Assembly (NCBI GenBank): GCA_030248215.1
Contig: JASANG010002792.1
Span: 434,001-498,000, forward strand
Direction: 5' to 3'
Length of the DNA: 64,000 nucleotides
DNA from: Enoplolaimus lenunculus
Taxonomy: Eukaryota
In this document: one piece after another, positions 13,121 to 24,244 of the stretch
Layout: every line of letters begins with the position of its first letter
Position numbering within the stretch: position 1 is the first letter of the stretch
The notes under the pieces: model-generated
The model's input: only the letters and a program-made list of their open reading frames with translations
The model's database searches: none
What the model was told of the DNA's origin: nothing
Translations under genes and position numbers: made by a program

Positions 13121-14194
13121 GAGACCTTTTTTGCTTATAAAACTCTGACTGAACAATTTTTTTCTTGTATAATGAAACTGATTGGTAGTGGTAGCAAAAA
13201 GTTTTAGTTCCATGCTTGTATCTGTGTTTAATATCCGTTTCTAGCGGCGGACCCAGAAATTTCGGACGTGGGATAGGCTGGCAAATGTTATGAAACGCAA
13301 TTTTTACTGTTTGCTCTATATGTGCCAATTTCCTGAGGGAAAATTTGTGGGACCTGAAAACATTTTATGGTTGTTCGTCTGTAATTTTTCCCCTTGAATA
13401 CGTTAATGTTTCTCACGGGCTGCTGGACTGAAACAAATAGCATATGTTGATATTTACTGTAGTGGTCTGCAAAATTTTCTTATTTTAGAGCAAAATTTAG
13501 ATTTTAAATGACATTTCTTTGCACGTGCTTGCCGCTGCAAGATATACATGCAAATTGCAACTGCAAGGTGTCGTAAAAAATAATTGCACATGTGAATAGG
13601 GCTTTACAAGACGCCATCCGCTGCTCAGAATTATTAATTTTTAGACTATATACAGTTTGTTGGTTGTAATGTATCTGAGTTTTGGAATTAAGTATGCTAA
13701 AATCACTCACTATATAAATGATATGAACCTTTGACACTAAATATATCTAAAACAGCGGTATAATATATGGCTTTATGGGCCGGTATAGAATTTTGATCAA
13801 TCACTACTTGAATCTTGCACTACAGTGCCTATTGTTATATTTTGCGGCTCTATCAGCTAAAGTGAGTTCGACATAGTGAATTTGAATTTGGAAGCGAATT
13901 TTTGTATCAAGAATTCACGATAATTTGAGTTTGTTTGAGAAAAAATAGTTTAAATATGTTCCACTCAGCAAAAATTTCAATAACCACCGTTACATCGTTT
14001 TCAATCCAGTATTATCGTTTTCGAAGGACCAACAGCCTGAATACTTATCAATTGCGAACGGTTTGCTGGCTTTCATTTCTATTATAGCAGCTGGTAGAAA
14101 GCGTTGATCTAGCGATTATTTATAAACAACTTGCTTACATTAGTTCACGAGGTTTGAAATATTTTTCACCCTTTTACTGCTTGCTGGTTTTTAG

Positions 14195-17100
14195 CCAACA
14201 ACATTAGCTCCCAGTCCCAATGCCACAGTCGACAACTTACCTGATGCACCAATCGCAGCGAACAACCGGTCCGAGAATGTGTCTACTGCACCAGTGCTGC
14301 CGCCAACATTTTTGACCCCTGAAGAATTCGAGGTCATACGTCAGAATCAAACGATGCGCCAGCAGTTGATAGCTCCACCTTCGCTGTCTGTTCGAAAATT
14401 GCTTGAAAACGCGTCACTATTTGAAGGCGATATTGATACGGGAAACGTGTCCGCCGAAGATTTTTTAAACTATTTGGAATCTTACGAAAAACATCGTATT
14501 CTTCTGGCGAACAAAAATGTTACTTTCGGTGAGGTTTGAGGTTTTTTCTATTTTGGACAGCAGTCTAAAGATTTGATTTAGCGGCTTCAAAACTAACTCA
14601 GCATACAAAACCAAAAGCTTTCTAACCAGGCTGACAGTTTTATAATTGCCCGTTAACGATATTTTCAACCTGTTTTTGATGACAATAATTCAACTCAGAT
14701 GAGAAGTACTGTAGTGAACCGAATAAGAGGGGGGAGGGACTGAAATTTATTTGGCATGTTCAGAGGGTGCCCCCATGTTATTCGGTTTTACGGACTGTTA
14801 TTTATTTTCAACCCACGCTCCGCCACCCTTCGTTACTGATTAATGTCCAGCTCTGCAATTATCCGTTAAATTAAACGTTTATTTGTCTTGTATCAAAAGC
14901 TTGATTGACAATGCAAGGTTATACTTAGGTATGTACTTTCAAAACTTAACGTATGCTTTAAAATTTCGAACTCTAGTTAACTCAAGTTAATTTACGCATG
15001 AAGTTACTTTATGCACTACATCTTATTAGGGTTGCGGACCCCTATTGCTTGGGACTCAAAATGGGGACCCTCTTATTACCCCCCTCTTATTCGGGTCACT
15101 ACAGTAAGTATTTACGATGACTACTAACTAAGTTAAAGGCGTTTGACGCTCGAACCCGATAGGCTCTCACGTTTTGTGGAGACACTTTACTAACCCCAAA
15201 AGTACATACAATCTGCTGTAGAACTTTTTTCTCAACTGCGTTTCAACTGAAACGAAAATATCCAGTACTGCAATTGAATATTTTTGAAGTTTTAAATGAT
15301 ACACATCTTTGGATATATATTTAGATGATTCTTCGACCTGGCGATGGCCTGGAGATCGAATACCGTATGAGATGCAACCGGAGTTGAGTGAAAATATGCG
15401 ATTAGCAATCGCACTTGCAATCGACGATTTTCACAATCGAACTTGTATTCGTTTTGTAAGTTGACCAATGTTTTAAACGTACGAGCCTGCACACTGTAAA
15501 ACAGGGCGGCTGAAGCGGCTGTAATTTATGCAGTCAAAATGCATAGTTGCATGGTATAACCGGATATCCGTCTCCGTTTCTCGTAAAAATCTATGTCCGT
15601 TTCCGATCCTGTTATATATAGAAATAACGGAAATTCTGTAAATGTTACGTTGAATACTAGTTATAAATCGCGTATATATCTCGCAAATTCTTGTGACAGA
15701 TATGCTGAAATTGTTCGAAATGAAAGAAAAATATGAAATTGAACCAAAATCTTGAAAATTTCAATGCATCGACTATTTTTTTAAAATTATTGAAAGTTCG
15801 GTTAATATATGCACGCGTCAATTGTCTTGGCAAAATATAAAGCATTTTTGAAATTTTTCTGCTTCAATATCCGTTTTCCGGTTTCGCTTTTGTTAGTTTT
15901 ATCACTACCTGGTTGCGTTATTTTTACTGCCGTTTACACCCTACATAGTTAAAGGCAATTTTTGTACGACCTTTAAGCTCTTTCTAACAGAGAACTTTGG
16001 ATAAATAATTGCTTATTTTAAAGTTTAATTGGATCATTTATTGACTATTACAGTAACAGGGTGTAATTTAAGAAAAGAAAATTTCCAATTAAATTGACCT
16101 TTCGCTATTGAGCGAATTCTAACATTTTTTACAGGAACCAAGAACTGAACAGGACAGCCTTTATGTCATTTTTTCTGATGGTTTTGGCTGTTCGTCACGA
16201 GTTGGACGCTACAGTGCTCCACAAAAAGTGACACTCGGTTAGTTTTACACGTGTTCGAAATGCCACACATTTGGTTTAACCACAATTCGGTCGACCGACA
16301 ACTTGTAATTCGAAATTTCGTCGAGTCGACAATTTATTGTTAGCCATCGATATGCTGGCCCATGTTACTTTGAGGGGCGTCCAGGTTTCTCGTGGGTCTA
16401 ACAAAGGTTTAGATTGTAGATTACATATTTTTGCTTAGGCTTTTAGGCTTAGTCTTAGGTTTAGGCTTAGGAACTCATTTTTGCAACGCTTAGGCTTGGG
16501 CTTAGGAACTCATTTTTGCAACGCTTAGGCTCAGGCTTGGGCTCAGGTATACGCTTAGTCTACTTACTACGCCCCTTAAAGTAACATTGGCCGATATTCT
16601 TATGCTTACGGCGTAGTCTCAGGTCATTGTCGGGCAAAACTTGTCAAAGGACGAACTGTCACCGATATCTTGCAACATGACAATAATTAAAATTTAAAAC
16701 ATAAAGAATATCCATTACGAGTTTAATCTTCGTAGACTAGTAGAAAACAAATATTTTTTTGCAAAATACATTCATTTACCGTAAAAAAACTTACTGGCCA
16801 CCAATTTAAGAGAGCATCACCCACCTTTCTCAATCAGCACCTTGTCGAATTTAAACAATACCGTCGAATAAATTTCACCATATTTCACCCAGGTAACTAT
16901 TTGACAAAAATCAGCAAACTATTAGTAAAACATTTTGTATATCTTCCATTCCTATATTTTTCAAGATTCTGATTGGATAATATATTGCTATAATATATTA
17001 GTGCACAGGTACAGCCAACAAATTCAGTTGCCTAAGGAGAACTCTAGCACTAAAAGGAACAAATAACCAATATTGCACTTTGCATGCATAAATGCAGATG

Positions 17101-19120
17101 CAAATATATTGAACGAACAACCATCGAAACACAATCTTGCTGATGCGAGGTCGCGAATAAGTTTTCCTTTACTCTGTTTATTTTATTAGCAGGTCTGGAT
17201 TTTGCAGGATACGGATGCGATCATCAAGGACTTGTAATGCACGAACTAATGCACGTAATGGGATTTTATCACGAGCACGCGCGTAAAGATCGGGATGAGC
17301 ATGTTGAAATTTTCTGGGACAACATTTACGAACCGTTTCATAAAAATTTTCACGTGTACACAGTGCAGTATTTGGACAATCTGAACGTTGGCTATGATCT
17401 TGGATCGCTTATGCACTATGAACCGACATCATTTTCTATGTAAGCAGGTCAGAAGTATCAATAAATTTAATAGCGAGTTCAAAAAATTTTTTACCATTAA
17501 TGGTGACAAGATATTTAATGTTGTTCATACAGCTGTACAGCAAACAAAGCGTTTAATTTGTGAACTCATCCAACGTAATATCAATATTTAAGCTGATCCG
17601 AGTATTTTTTGACAGCAAGGTATATAATGAAAACTAGTGTGTCAAAGGCTGTCATTTGAGTCAATCTTAATGAAAACACTTATGAACCAAAAACGAAATA
17701 TTAAAGGTGGCGCTGTGCAGCGTCTCACGACCTGCAAAAAAATGGTGAGTCAAATTGACTATTCCGAAATAGGGTCTGTACGACTACACAAACTGAGTCA
17801 AATTCGATTCCGCCGGAGTCAAATTCGACTTACTGAGTAGCACGTCTGACTATGACGGAGTCAAATTTGACTCAGTTTGTGTTGTCCCGTAGAGCGTATT
17901 TCGGAGAGATTCAATTTGACTCACCGTTTTTTTGCAGTGTGGAAAAAGTAACTTTTAACAAACATGTGATGCGGCGTTGCGCAAAAAAGTATTGCACAAC
18001 CCTAACTCGTGTTTGATTTATACTTCAGCATAGTTTTAAACTTATCCCTCCGGGCCGCTATCCAGAGGTGGGCCAAAAGGCTCAGCGTCCCTCTGAAAAT
18101 ATTTTGGCCCTTCCAAGACAATGTTCAACATTGCTTGCATCGCAAATCTTTGTATGCGCCTTCTGAAAAATTTATCGCCCCTTAGCAAAGCGATCTGGCC
18201 ACGGGCCTGCATGCCCAACGCTAAGGCGTAGAGTGAACACTAGGCTTGCGGTAACGTCGTGTCTCTGAAAATAGCATTCGTAATTTCAGCGATGGTTCAC
18301 CTACGATTCGTGCTCTTAACGGTGTAGAAGAGTTCGGGCAACGCGAAGGAGTCAGTGATAAAGATATCGAAAAAATTAATCGACTTTACGATTGTAGAGG
18401 TAAAACTGCAATATTTTAGCGAAGGCTAAAGTTTTAACGGTGTTCTATTAAAACCTGTACAGCTTACGAATAGAGTACCTTTCTGTAAAACGAGGATATG
18501 GAGTTCGTTAATTAATACAAGCACAAAATACTACAATCAGAAATGGAAACGGGTTGTGATGTTTAACACTAGCGAATAACTGGTCATAGGTATGTATATG
18601 CATCCAGGAGTAGATCATCGTCATATCGTGCAGAGAAAACACGAAATTGATTTTATTTAAAGAAGCGAAGTTTGTATTTTAATATTTATGCCTGGCCAAA
18701 ACTTCAGATTACATCGACTACGCAAAATTCACCGAACCAGCCAACTTATCAACAATCTCATCAAATTCTGACGACGAAAATACATCTGTTGCGGTGCTAC
18801 ATAACACAACATCGCCCGAAACGAGCCAAAGTACAAGTTTACCGCAATCAGAACAGCCTAAAAGCTGCGCTGACGTCACCGGAAACAGTGTTCAGTGTAA
18901 ACAAATTGTCGCAGCTAATCGATGCATGTCGCCAATCGCTAAATCGACTTGCAGTCTCTCGTGCGATTCGTGCAACCCTAATGCGATTACAAGAGCGTCG
19001 CATTCAATTGAAGAAATTGCACTTGCAAAACGATGCCAATTTCATGTTATGCGTGGCGGTTGCAAATCGTTTTTGCTACGAATGCATTGTCATGCTCAAT
19101 GCTTAGCTGCAGCTGCATAA
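14195..19120 (+). CDS. Astacin (M12A, nematode NAS-type) zinc metalloprotease with C-terminal ShKT domain; first exon and signal peptide not resolved
   Basis: Exons: 14195-14528 (prodomain, FEGDI), 15325-15455 (WPGDRIPY..TCIRF), 16135-16237 (GCSSRVGR), 17208-17439 (HELMHVMGFYHEHARKDRD; Met-turn SLMHY), 18290-18399 (GQREGVS..INRLYDC), 18708-19120 (ShKT CADVTGNSVQC..CSLSCDSC). Confidence 0.92.
14709..15104. mobile_element. MITE family B in astacin intron
   Basis: ta|ctgtagtgaaccgaataagagggg ... cccctcttattcgggtcactacag|ta. Confidence 0.85.
16357..16592. mobile_element. MITE family C carrying TTAGGC repeats (GGCC termini, 8-bp TSD; Merlin-like inferred)
   Basis: TIRs ggcccatgttactttgaggggcgt / acgccccttaaagtaacattggcc. 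Flanks are gatatgct and gatattct. The interior contains (ttaggc)n. Confidence 0.75.
17731..17939. mobile_element. MITE family A copy
   Basis: ctgcaaaaaaatggtgagtcaaattgact ... aatttgactcaccgttttttttgcagtg. Confidence 0.8.
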
Positions 19121-19386
19121 GAATTGTACCAAAAATAAAACGCTGTTATAAACACTTTTCGCGTTTCTGAAAACGCAAAACGTTGTTTTGGATGCGGGAA
19201 ACCCCTAAGTGTTTTGTTATAAACACTTTTAAATAAAAAAATGAGTATGTATATAGACAACGGGTTCTTTATATTGAAATTTCCCCGAATGCCCACATCA
19301 GTAATGTTTCGACACTGAGACCTAGAGAGAAAGCCAAAGGTTGTATCGAAAAACAAGTAGCATCAATAGCACCATAAACAAAACTA

Positions 19387-19590
19387 AGCCTATGTTACTT
19401 CTACGGGCGTCCAGGTTTCTGGCGGGTCTATAAAAGAGTAGGGTTAGATTCTACATTACATGTTTTGCTTAGGCTTAGACTTAGGCTTGGGCTTAGGCTT
19501 AGAAACAAATTTTTGCAACGCTTACACTGAGACTTAGGCTTTGGAATACGCTTAATCTACTGTTACACCACTAATAAAGTAGCATTGGCC
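19387..19590. mobile_element. MITE family C copy
   Basis: atgttacttctacgggcgtccaggtttct ... aaagtagcattggcc, with internal ttaggc repeats. Confidence 0.7.
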
Positions 19591-20421
19591 GAAAATATTA
19601 TAGGCCAAATTTCCAGCTGTAGCACCAATCAGCAGTTTATAGGTTAAGCATTTGAACTTTTGCATCTCCGTATAACTAAATCTGCGAAGAATTAGCTGAA
19701 ATATTGTGCCAAATTTTAAGCTATTCATTATCCGGTTTGACAGTTTGTTGGTTTATTACCAGCTGACATTGTGATCGATGCAACGCGCAATTTGAGATTA
19801 TGTAAATTATTTGCGCAATTAAACACAATGTGGATTTTATGTATATATACACGAGCGCTCTGAACGTGCTCATTTCACGTAAGTATAGTCTTGATATATC
19901 TGTCATGTCACAATAGCAAGGCTTTGGTTGAATAAATTGGGATAAGGACTTGATTTCTATTTTTTATGATGCGATTCGTGCGAGATCTTTGTTGAAAATA
20001 AGATCAGAGGGCTAAACTTGAGGTTAAGCCCAAATCTTGAAGTACCCAAAGGTCCAAGGCCATAAACTTCAGCAGATACTGGTTAATCTAGACCATGTGT
20101 TGACGGCGTCTAACATATAGACCAGCTTGTGAAGTCTTGCGAAAGAAACCGCATGCCTGTCCTAACATTGTAACTGCGTAGTCGACCTGACTACGAGCAT
20201 GGTTTTGTAACAATTATGTGCAAAATTGGACCCTTAGGGTAGTTAGGGTTGTGCTATACTGGCCGCACGCCATAAGACACCCGCCTGACACCAACCAAAT
20301 AGCTTTTGCTTATATTTTTGTTAGCAACGCATAGCAGCGTGCGGTGGTGCGCGGCGGTATCCGGTGGCATGGTGAAGCGGCGTGGCGGTGTACGGCAGCG
20401 TTTAGCACAGTAAAATCCGTA

Positions 20422-20725
20422 CTGTATTGACCCGAATGAGAGGAGGAGGGGTAAAAAGAGGGGGTCCACATTGGAGTCCGAATCAACTGGAGTGCGTATC
20501 CCTAGTAAAAGTCCGTAAGCGGATAGAGTCCCTAAACCCTGATTAGAGTCCATAAATGTCAATTTTCTCAATTGTAGCGCATAAATGACTCCAGGACCAA
20601 ATAATTTGAGTTCGAAACTTTAAAGCGTACTTAAATTTTGAAACTACATTCCTAAAGTATAACCTTGTATTATCGCTCAAGCTATTGACACAAGAGAAAT
20701 AAACGTTTAATTCAACGGATAATTC
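20422..20725. mobile_element. MITE family B, truncated copy
   Basis: ta|ctgtattgacccgaat plus the shared internal sequence. The second TIR is absent. Confidence 0.65.
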
Positions 20726-21455
20726 CCTTCTATCGCGGGTATAACTACTTGTAAAGTTGTCATACGGCAGTTTGGTTGTATTTGAGCAAAAATATATTGA
20801 TCATTGTGTGGGGAAGATTAATAGATTTCATTAGTTTTCAATTTTTGAATATGTTCTGCTCTTTTGTTTCTTAGTCGCAATAAATTGTTCGGACTGGCTT
20901 TTTAATACATATGCTTTATATTGTTAAACGGTGCGGACTACATATTATTTCGCGGATGCTAGGCGCAGGGTTGCTCACAGTATACAGAGGCAGGTCCATG
21001 GTTAACCTTGCTGCCGTCTCAAAATTTCACCATCCTATTAAAATAATTTGATGTATGGTTGGAGGTAGGATTTTGGGATTTCGGAATGTTGAGATAGGGT
21101 CAAAGGTGGGATTTTGGCGTTGTAGGATTTTGGGATTTCGGCATATAGTCGAAGGTCGGGTTTGGGATTTTGAGATTTCGGAATATGGTCGAAAATGAGA
21201 CTTTGGGATTTTGGGATGTTGTCAAACTGGGATTTTGAATTTTGAGATCTCGGGATATGGTCGATGGTAGGATTTCGAGATTTTGGGATTTTGGAATATA
21301 GTGAACGTGGGTTTTGAGATTTTGGGAATTTGGGATTTGATCAAAAGTCGGATTTTGCGATTAAGGTGTTTCGGAACATAGACGAAGTTGTTATTTTGTG
21401 ATTTTGGAATTTTTTGAGTTCTATATGGTATGGTCAAAGTGGGATTTTCCGATTA

Positions 21456-21833
21456 CTGTTGTGACCCGAATAAGAGGGGGTAATAAGGGGGTCCCCATTT
21501 TGAGTAGGGAGTCCGTAAGCGGATAGACTCCCTAAACCCTAATTAGAGTCTATAGAGGTCAATTATCCCTAATGTTAAAGTTCGACACTTTAAAGCGTAC
21601 TTAAGTTTTGAAAAGTATTCCCAAGTATAACCTTGCATTACCGCTCAAGCTTTTGATGCAAGGCAAAAAACATTTAATTCACAACGGCTAGTTGCAATAC
21701 CGGATATATATCAGTACGAAAGGGTGGTGGAGGGCTGGTTGAAAATAAATAACAGTCCGTAACCCAATAACAAGGGGTGGTACCCTCTGGAGAGGGCAAA
21801 TAACAAACTGTTCCCCTTGTCGGGTCACTACAG
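21456..21833. mobile_element. MITE family B copy inside minisatellite
   Basis: ta|ctgttgtgacccgaataagagggg ... cgggtcactacag|ta. Confidence 0.85.
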
Positions 21834-21870
21834 TATGGTATTTTGGAATATGATCGAAGGTGTTATTTTG

Positions 21871-22221
21871 CAGGGTGCAACTGAAGGTGAAAAATACTGG
21901 AAACGGAGCCGGAGCCGGAGGTCAATGAAACTTGCCGGAGCCGGAGGCCAGGCGAAATTAGGTAGTAAAAATCTTATGGTTAAGTAGATTTATTTTAGCC
22001 AATATCTGCAATATATTGCAAAGTTGTCTGGTTTTGCGTTAATTTTCTGCGAAATTTCGGAAATTCCTTCCTGAAAATTGTGACAAAAGTAAAACGAAAC
22101 GCGTTAAACAGATAAATTTTGCAATGCACTGAAAATCCGACAACAAATCTACTGGAGCCGGAGCCGAAGTCCGATTTTGTGCAGGAGCCAGAGCCGGCAC
22201 CAGACCTGCGGTTGTACCCTG
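21871..22221. mobile_element. hAT-like MITE with GGAGCC subterminal repeats
   Basis: TIRs cagggtgcaac / gttgtaccctg. The 8-bp flanks are ttattttg and gtattttg. ggagcc repeats occur near both ends. Confidence 0.7.
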
Positions 22222-22560
22222 GTATTTTGGGATATTGGGATTTCGGGATATCGGGATGTGGTCGGTCGGACATGGGATTTTGGGATTTTGGGAATTCGAG
22301 ATATGGTCGAACATGCTATAGTATTTTGGGATTTCGGAATAGGGCTCGAAGGTGGGATTTTGGATTTCGGAATGTGGTCGGAGGTGGAATTTTGGGATTT
22401 TAGAATCTCTGTATATGGACGATAGTGGGATTTTGGGATATGGACGAAGATTAAATATGAGGATTTTACGATATGGTCGAAGGTGGGATTTTGGAATTTC
22501 GGGATATGGTCGCAAGTGGGATACTGGTATTTTGAGATTTTGGGATATTTTCGAAGGAGG

Positions 22561-22909
22561 TGTAGAATATTTGTGGCGATGCGATAATATATGAATTGAA
22601 TGCAATTGGTCGATATAATAATTTGCAATACGCAAACGAAAGACACACAACTCGGCTATTTGGCTCAATCAAATTACAAATTCATTGGTTTAATTAATAT
22701 GAACTTATGGACGAATGTGTAACTGCTTATACAGTGAGGTTTCTGACCTCTGAAAAATAATAATCTTTCTTCCTTCAACGCTATGTATATATATATATAT
22801 ATGATAATTATATAACTAAATGTAAATTTTCAAGCATAAATTTCCTAGCTACAGGAAAAATTCAGAAGAGCGTTTATGCAAATCAACCAGAATTTCGATA
22901 GATTTGACA
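22561..22909 (-). repeat. 3' LTR
   Basis: tgtagaatat...gatttgaca. Matches 29789-30137 except C22712 versus T29940, by eye. Confidence 0.95.
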
Positions 22910-22925
22910 CTCCCGACCGAAGAAT

Positions 22926-24101
22926 CTAACGGACGAACATCCCCAAGTGATTTCGTCGAAAAGAAAAGTTCTCCCTGGCCATCGTAAACGCCACTGATTT
23001 CAGATCGTCGTAAAGTTGGGCGCACTCCTTGAGCACAGTTCGAAACCCCATATGATTGAGATGAAAACAATCGTTGTCGAACAGATTAACGTTGACTGAT
23101 TCCGGAGTCGAGCCACGAAACGGACAGTCGGTGCGAGTCGACCAATTGATGCAGTGGATTGCCAATTTTTTGCAGCGTCGTTGAACGAATTTGGAATGTT
23201 TGGAAATACCCGGAACTGAAGGATGAGGAACGGCAGTGCAAACGACAGTTGCAGGCAAACGGCCGTCAGGTTGAAGACGCAAAAACGACTCAAGCACATC
23301 CCAAGAAGCTCTTTGTCCTGCGACACTTCGTTGAGCACTATTAACACCACAGTTGATGATAAGTATGGCATAATCTTGGATGTTGATGTTGAATTGATGT
23401 GCAGCATCAACCAAATCATGGTATTGCCCACCGGAAATGGCAATAACCAAGCCACGATTGATGTACTGAACGTGCCGTCCCTGGCTGTCCGAAAGCAAGA
23501 GTACTGTTCGACGATAGTGAGGCGGTGGCAATAAATTGTGTGTTAAATAGGCAACACCCGATCCAATGTAGGGAGTCCAATCGGACTCAAAATGGCGTGC
23601 GATGACGACGTCGAGACAATGGCCGTAGTTATTGAACCCGGGATACGAGTGATTGCCGCGGTCGACACCGTATTGTGGGCGAAACCCCGATGTCCATACC
23701 ATTTCGTGAGTAGCCGAGCAAAGGACAAAATGAAGCGAGTTGACATTAGGCATTGAACGCGCGACAGAGTTGAAGGCATCCTTGAAGGCATTGGGTGGAT
23801 GATTAGGATTGACCAATTCCAACATGATGTCAATAACTAACTGTCGGGAATGGAATACCCATTCAGCACTGATACGGACAGCATTATTCCGAATCCACGT
23901 CTCGATCTCTGCCGGATGACGAGCTAGAAACGAATTGTGGCGTAGACGATGAGCAAGATCATCATTTCCCATCTGCTTGAGGATTATATAACATCGAATC
24001 ATTTCGATGGATGTGAACGACCGATCGACAAATCTGAGAGGGGGGTCGAAACTGTAGTACAGCGATAAGGGATGTACGTGGGTGATGTTGAAAACCTGCA
24101 T
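22926..24101 (-). CDS. Retrotransposon ORF2: unknown N-terminal domain plus SGNH/GDSL hydrolase-like domain (391 aa)
   Basis: SGNH blocks in the correct order and spacing: I VLLLSDSQG, II AISGG, III IINCGVNS, V DNDCFHLNHMG. The ORF lies between pol and the 3' LTR on the pol strand. Confidence 0.8.
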   Translation of the reverse strand: MQVFNITHVHPLSLYYSFDPPLRFVDRSFTSIEMIRCYIILKQMGNDDLAHRLRHNSFLARHPAEIETWIRNNAVRISAEWVFHSRQLVIDIMLELVNPNHPPNAFKDAFNSVARSMPNVNSLHFVLCSATHEMVWTSGFRPQYGVDRGNHSYPGFNNYGHCLDVVIARHFESDWTPYIGSGVAYLTHNLLPPPHYRRTVLLLSDSQGRHVQYINRGLVIAISGGQYHDLVDAAHQFNINIQDYAILIINCGVNSAQRSVAGQRASWDVLESFLRLQPDGRLPATVVCTAVPHPSVPGISKHSKFVQRRCKKLAIHCINWSTRTDCPFRGSTPESVNVNLFDNDCFHLNHMGFRTVLKECAQLYDDLKSVAFTMARENFSFRRNHLGMFVR

Positions 24102-24244
24102 ACTGGTTTCTCTGAAAACACAACATACCTGATATTAATTTGTTTTTATTTAATAATTAATTATTTTTGCAAATTAAAAAAAAACTAATAATTAATATTA
24201 ATGGCGCAAAAAAGCTTATTTTTGTTAATTCCAATTATAATCCG

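Larger units (their letters stand above)
21060..22560. repeat. Degenerate ~32-bp minisatellite (ggtcgaaggtgggattttgggatttcggaatat) interrupted by two MITEs
   Basis: Repeated GGGATTTT / TATGGTCGAAGG units at ~21060-21450, ~21836-21870 and ~22222-22560. Confidence 0.85.

Noticed and set aside
21995..22672. Several overlapping ORFs of 68-209 aa
   Set aside because: They are translations of the GGGATTTT minisatellite, a MITE and the LTR edge, with low-complexity PKIP/WDFG repeats.
22926..24101. ORF2 as an envelope glycoprotein
   Set aside because: No signal peptide, TM anchor or Cys-rich ectodomain pattern is visible. The motifs fit an SGNH hydrolase instead.
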